DNA of 64,000 bases. Origin: the human T2T-CHM13v2.0 reference genome, Homo sapiens. The DNA lies in the NCBI RefSeq assembly GCF_009914755.1, contig NC_060937.1, one strand, 5' to 3'. The translations under genes and the position numbers were made by a program. This document shows positions 56,862 to 64,000 of the stretch, one piece after another (the first letter of the stretch is position 1; the number at the start of each line of letters is the position of its first letter). The notes under the pieces are model-generated. The model was not told where the DNA came from. It searched no databases and saw nothing but the letters and a program-made list of their open reading frames with translations.

Positions 56862-57806
56862 GTATATAAGGTTAGATTTTCTATACACAAGTATAAAGAT
56901 TGAATTAAGAAATATCAGTATCATTTATTATATAATGTGATAAAGAATGCTATAATTTATTTATTGTCTCTATTTATTAAGTAGACATAGTGCATAGCAA
57001 TTGGGGTGTTCTAAGCAAAGGCACTTCTGTTATATACTCTTAACCAGAAACAAACTTTTCTCAAAAAGGTGAAGCCAATTTGTGGAGATTCAAGTAAAAT
57101 GTATATTTTCTGGTGAGCTCATGCCCAGTATTGAAATACAGCAAATTTTTTTTCTCCCTGAAGATTTTTCAAAATAAATAAAGTAGAGGCATAAAATCAT
57201 ATTCAAAATTATTCAAAATAAGATATACAGCCAGCCAGTATAAATTTAGCCCAACATATTATAACATATATATCTATAGAGCTATTAATATAATTGGTAT
57301 TCAGAGTGATGACTTTGGAATACTTTAGAATATTAAAATGACTTTTGAATTATGTGATTTTTAGTGTTAATTTTATTTTAATTCTATAGTTTGTTACTTT
57401 TGTGATTTTCTTATACTGGACATGGCTTATGTATTAATGTTTGGATAATCAATATATTCAATTCATCAGATTAAAGAAAAATGATGAATTCTAGACATTG
57501 GACTTTAACATTCTGTGATTTAGGGTTTATTACAGAACAATGAAAGAAATGATGTAAAAATTTCATTGCTTCTAATAAATGGAGCCAGACCTTTCAGAAA
57601 GATATTAAGAAAAATGAATTGTAATACTAACAGCTGAGAATCCCCATATTAAATTCAAATTTTATAAAACTAAGTCATCAATAAGAAACATAGAAACTAG
57701 ATAAAGTTCACTGTACAACTCCATAACTGTGCTAGTGTTTATATTTTAGCCATGGTGGTAAACTAGACACTTATTTCCTTAGGTATATCTGTTATGAAAA
57801 AAAAAA

Positions 57807-58146
<340 letters not shown>

Positions 58147-60214
58147 TAAAACTTTTCTTTTGTTTACTTTTTAAGTATATACATTTATGGTTGTGTGTGA
58201 ATAAAGGTTACAATTTTAATAACAGTAAACAAAAGTTCTTCACAAGCTAAAAATAAGGAAGGTGATCTATCAATTTTATATGATGTAAAGATGTATTATA
58301 TATTCATAATGCACAGAATAATTAGAGGCATTGGTAGTGTAAAATTTTGGCTCTTTTCATGTTTGCTGAATACAATTAAATGCAGTTCAAAATCATGCTG
58401 TATCATAAACGTTTCAAGATATTTTTAGATTAGTTTCAAAAAAATAGATTTAGTTAACAAAAAAATGGAAAATGTCTATTTTTTCTAGTGTTTGCTTTTA
58501 ATAAAATAATGGTCTTTATCAGCATGTTTGTTCTTAAAGATGTTTTCTTTCAGAATTTATAGGCTTATTTATCATATTTTCTATTAGAATAAAAAATCAC
58601 CAGAATTATAGAATCTTACCCCCCAAAAAAGAGCTACATGTTTTAAGCTGTAGAATTTTATAAAGCAACAAGGGAAGATAGCTTGAAGCAATACATTTTA
58701 CTGAATTTTCTTCACACAGATAATTTATTTATGGAGGTTGGCAGATAACCATTCTTTCCGTTCAAACTAAAACCATATTTATGATGATAATTTTAAACAT
58801 CCTATGCATAAATATTTATTTATTAAGTGGTTATAGGTATTTGGGAAACAGCTGCAGAAATAATTACCACAGAAAAAACTTAAGTCAGAGAGATTATTTT
58901 TTACCTTATATAAATACCAGGAAAATACATTTAGTTTAAAGGTAAATGTGCTGCTGTAACCAATGTATTAGAGGGAAGACTGCAAAATGTCTGAATTCCG
59001 GAATTCTTGGAGGGCAGCATAACAATAAAACTCACTGAACCATTGGTTGAAATTTCAGGAGAAGCTATGCAGAATTAAAAAATTGAAGGGATATGTACAT
59101 TTCTTTAAATGCTTTTCAGAAATTCCTGAGCAAAAATAATTTCCTTTTTTAGTTGAAAAACCATTAGGAAGCTTTAAAAGTGGCAAGCCTAGTGAGAAAG
59201 TTTTGAGAGGATATATAGCTTCTGCAAGTGGTTATATGAGAAGGAGACAGAAATACCTTCATTTGCAGTTAAAATAAATTTATCTCTCTAAATGCCAATT
59301 AGCAGGCCCCCATTGACTCTTGGTGATTCATTCTATAATGAAATCATAAATGTTTCTGTAGAGTGATCCTACATGTCTCCCCAGAGGGCAGCAAAAGTAT
59401 CATGAGACAGATATTGGAAGTCAGCCATGGCCCACCTGCAGCAGTGGGGTTCTGATTTCCTTAGCAGCGGTGGACAGGTGCAGGCAGGAACGCATAGGGC
59501 ATCTGGCTTACACATCAGGTATTATGTACATCTGGAGCAATGTCAAAGCCATAATTAATACAAAGGCATATTCTTCACTATATTTTGGAGTCCCTAAATC
59601 CCCAGAGTAGAACACATCATCGTTTTCTTCTGAAACTTAGCTGTTTGATACCACAAATAATGCTGAATTAAAAGAGAAGTGACACAATTGTTACTTCCCA
59701 AAAACTTGCAAACATACTGTTGGATATAAACCCAGGCAATTACGTTCAGGCTTTCTAAAACAAATTCAGTGAGACAGAAAAAATAAATCATGTAGATTTC
59801 AGGGAAATATCTAAGATAAATATGGTAAAATAAAAGAAATTTAAAATGAACAGAATCTATCAAAGGTGTTCCTTCTTAACAATTATATTTTCATTATAAA
59901 ATATGTAATAGTCTTTATGTCTTTATCTTTAAGGAGGCTTTACAATTGTAGCTAAGGGATCTAAAAATTCAAAGAGCTTGTTTTTTTCTGGCATCCTGGT
60001 TATAACTCCTCTGGTGATAAATGCAAAATGATAAATCAAAAAAGGAAATCATTTTAAAGTAGAGTCTTTCCATAAGAATTAGTTTATCCACACAAATCTA
60101 TTTTATTTTCATTATTGTATTTAAACATTAAGATGTCACATATTATCTTCACGTAGTCAGGATCTTTGTATATCAGTTATTCTTTATTTTATGGTTTTTG
60201 GTACTTATAATAAT

Positions 60215-60376
60215 TCAGGTAAATTTTAGTAGATGCTACGGGAAAATTCAGATAAATTTCAGCAGATACTACAGGAAATAAAGATTGGAGAGAAGTGAAC
60301 TCTCTTTAAAACTGAGGTAAATGTTAGTAGATGCTACAGGAAATGAAGATTGAAGGAAAGTGAGCTCTCTTTAAAA
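60215..60376. repeat. Diverged tandem repeat (~65-bp unit twice plus a ~33-bp partial copy)
   Basis: aggtaaattttagtagatgctacgggaaa / agataaatttcagcagatactacaggaaataaagattggagagaagtgaactctctttaaaa / aggtaaatgttagtagatgctacaggaaatgaagattgaaggaaagtgagctctctttaaaa. Confidence 0.85.
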
Positions 60377-60481
60377 TAGTTTTTGGAAGTCTATAATAGA
60401 AATACATTTCCTTCATATATTTAACTTCTCAATACTTTCAGGGAATGTTTGAGGTATTTAATGTTCTTAAAACGTTATTGA

Positions 60482-60776
<295 letters not shown>

Positions 60777-60799
60777 TTAGAAACATTGAAATGAAAAGG

Positions 60800-61400
60800 C
60801 ATAACAAGAAAAGGCACATGGATATGAGCAATAAATACAAATTCTAAACCATGCAATTACAGATCTAATATGTGAATTTGAATCAACAGAAATAGAACAG
60901 CAACAATGGAAATGTGAATCAGTGGCAAAGAACAATGCAAAGTTCAAAAGAAATGACGCAAAGAAGAAAGATAAAGTGAAGAAGTGCATATGATCGTTGG
61001 AAAGTCACAGTAGATATCATGAACACACAAATGCACAGAAATCAACATGGAAATGTATCCAGCTCAAAGTAATGAACTGCAGCAATACAGAAAGAATTCC
61101 TAGGACTAGAGGATAAAACAACATTTGGAACAGAAGGCATCAGGCTGGCCAAAAGACAATACAGAAAAGCTTATATTATTTAGAGGGAAAGGCATGTGAC
61201 CCTGAAATCTTATACCACAGAAAGCTGTCGTTTGAATATCAAGTATGAAAGCATTTTCAAACAGGATTAAATAATACTGTTTATATGTCAACTAAATAAG
61301 CAACCCTATAATAAAAATTTAGTCAATCAGTAAAGGAGTAAGACATTTTAAAAAGTCATGAAATTAGATGTGGTGAAGTGACCGGTGTTGAGAATTCAAC
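60800..61400 (+). mobile_element. Ancient L1 5'/ORF1-like or HAL1 fragment
   Basis: A-rich; catcaggctggcc...gaccctgaaatcttataccacagaaagctgtcgtt resembles the L1/HAL1 ORF1 C-terminal region. Confidence 0.45.
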
Positions 61401-62049
61401 TCATCCAGATAAAGAAACAAAATCATATATCCGAACAGAATATAAATGCAACAAAACATGACAGAGAGAAAATAATCCAAGCAATAAAATAGGCAACTGG
61501 AGACAGGTAGGTAGGAGGAAATATGCGACTACTAAAAATCTCATTTTCATAATATCAATATTATAGTAGTTAAAATCTATGAGTTAAAACCATAACGACT
61601 TCAAACTCAATACAGATATTAGAATCTCTTTTCTCAATCTTAAACAGATTTTTAAGGAAATAATATCTCCTGTGGTAAAGAAATATTTATATCGAACTAT
61701 AGAATCCCTTCAGTATCAATTGAGTTTGTATTTCTTTTCTTAAATTCAATTAAAATTGAATTTAATATATTTTAAGTATGTTTAATGTAATCTTTTTATT
61801 TTAAAATTATTTCTTGCTCTTGCTCACAGCCTCCTCATTCATTATCAATATGTGTGTCTATTCACACATGTGCTTATTTATGGGATCATAGATGTCAGGT
61901 CATCATTGAAGCTGTTTCTAGGTGGTAAGGTTTCATTGCTTTCATTTTTGTCTCCCTTTTTATATCCTGACTTTTTTAAAGAGTATATGTTATTTTCATA
62001 AATCAATACGTTTTTTCCCAAAATGTATTAAAAACACACCACAGTAGAT

Positions 62050-62820
62050 AAACTAAACAGATAATGGAAAAATTAGAATCACAAATACTTAATGAAAATA
62101 AGAGGGTGGTTTAACCTCACTGATAACAAAATAAAGACATCAAAAATTATTTTAAAAAGTAGGGGGAGATAACTATTTTCCCATTTCAACAATCTTTAAA
62201 AGAAGAACTAAAATAATAAATGCCTATAAAGACAAGGTCAGATGGGTGCTGGGAGTGTAAACTCATTATATTTCTGATAACAGTGTGGAATTTAAAATTC
62301 TGAAATGTGGGGTCAGTTTATGACTTTTATCTCTGCACTTCACTTTAGGAAACAATCTACAGAAATAAAGTGAAATATAGAAAAGAATTGAGGCTTGTAG
62401 AGACTCTTCCTTGCGTTACACATAATACAAAAAGTAGATGCAATCTATTATTCCCCAAAGAAACATTTTAAATAAATTATGTTATGCATTTAGGTTATAT
62501 CAGTATACAGACATTAGAATTAACATTTCAATAATATTTAAAGAATTGAAAAATACCTGCAATGTTAGGTTACCATGTGTATTCCAAACTGCATGTTCAT
62601 CATGATTGCAAAATATACTCTTTGTAAAATATGGACTGAAATATGTGTGTGGATGTCGACTTGGAATTTAACATGCCAATATTAACAATAATTTATTTTG
62701 AATTGTTTAATAATGGAAAATCATTTTTATACTTTTTGTAATTATAACATTCTTTTTGTAGTTTTTTAGTGTTTTTCAAAATGTTCACCATGAACTTTAC
62801 TATTTCAGTAATCAACAAGA
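62050..62820 (+). mobile_element. Old L1ME-like 3' fragments
   Basis: tttaacctcactgataac, gctgggagtgtaaact, cacttcactttaggaaacaatctacagaaata, taaataaattatg. Confidence 0.55.
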
Positions 62821-62974
62821 AAATGCACAGCTAGAAGTGATCTGATATAGTTTATTACTTTGGCAACTGTATGAACGTTTATCTCATTTATTTTGAGATG
62901 AAAAATTATGTATGTAGTAATTATTTGATCTATTTGGGGTTATTTTAAGGTAAAAGCTGTGTATAGGGATATTC

Positions 62975-63278
<304 letters not shown>

Positions 63279-64000
63279 AGGAATATTCTTTTCTTACATT
63301 CATTTTTGACGTTCTATTGTGTACGTGATGTACTATTTCATCCTTTTAGGTCTTGTTAATTTTTCACAGTTTTAGTAAACAATCTTACAATTACAATTTA
63401 AATATTCTAGTTAAATATAATAACTACTGAAACCTTATAAACTTAGGGAAATATAGATTTTTTTTTAAGTGAGGCATTGTTTAATGAGTTTAACTATTTC
63501 AAAAGAAAACCATGCTCAAAGTTAATAAAGCAGCAGTCCGCAAGCTAAACTGCCATACTCCAAGTCAAAAGGTACCACTCTTTTTTCATTTATATGAAAC
63601 TAAAATTTCCCACTATTTTCATTTATAAAGTGGTTATTGTAGCTCTTTTCACCTGCCTCCCTTGCAGGGATGCTGTTAGGATTAATGAGATCATTCCTAT
63701 AAAGAATTTGAGTTCCTTGGAGATGGGAGATATAAAAAATGTTATTATTATCCCGTCATTCATATATTAGCTTGCTCACTCTTTCAGGACCTGAAGGTAG
63801 AATCAAAAAGAAACAAATTCTGATCCACTGTGAGAAATATTTAATGAGATTTTTTTCCATGTTCAATACCTGAGCTTCTCAGAACTTGATATATTAAATT
63901 CGTTTCAAAGGCCTTTTTTGCATACCAGTTTGATGTCTTTTATGTGTAAATTTGAGCTGCTTTAGGTTAAGTTTAAAGTGAAATCATATGTGCATTATTT

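Noticed and set aside
58993-59006. 14-bp palindrome gaattccggaattc as a STAT site
   Set aside because: TTC-N2-GAA spacing is not the canonical GAS (N3); single short motif.
61740-61765. AT-rich palindrome ttaaattcaatt-aa-aattgaatttaa
   Set aside because: Real, but short and in very AT-rich DNA; no supporting context.

Overview
AT-rich human genomic DNA (a consensus-identical AluYa5 points to Homo sapiens), intronic or intergenic in character. I could not support any intact host protein-coding exon, RNA gene or CpG-island promoter. Nearly all ORFs in the track are spurious or come from Alu, L1 or MaLR repeats. The window is a mosaic of 9 Alus, young and old L1 fragments, L2/MIR, MaLR LTRs (MLT1/MST/THE1), ERV LTRs and DNA-transposon relics. 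The most interesting structures are: (1) a ~2.6-kb chimeric retro-insertion in which an ATP6V1G1 processed pseudogene is fused to a 5'-inverted L1, all inside one 14-bp target-site duplication (TSD); (2) a 5'-inverted L1PA with an apparent 3' transduction inside a 19-bp TSD; (3) an old ~350-400-bp local inverted duplication that splits an MLT1 LTR and later received an L1; (4) a perfect tandem duplication with 139-bp period; (5) a pristine AluYa5 head-to-head with another Alu. I see rearrangement and retrotransposition fossils, not a new multi-gene system. Subfamily names come from recalled consensus sequences and were not checked with RepeatMasker.
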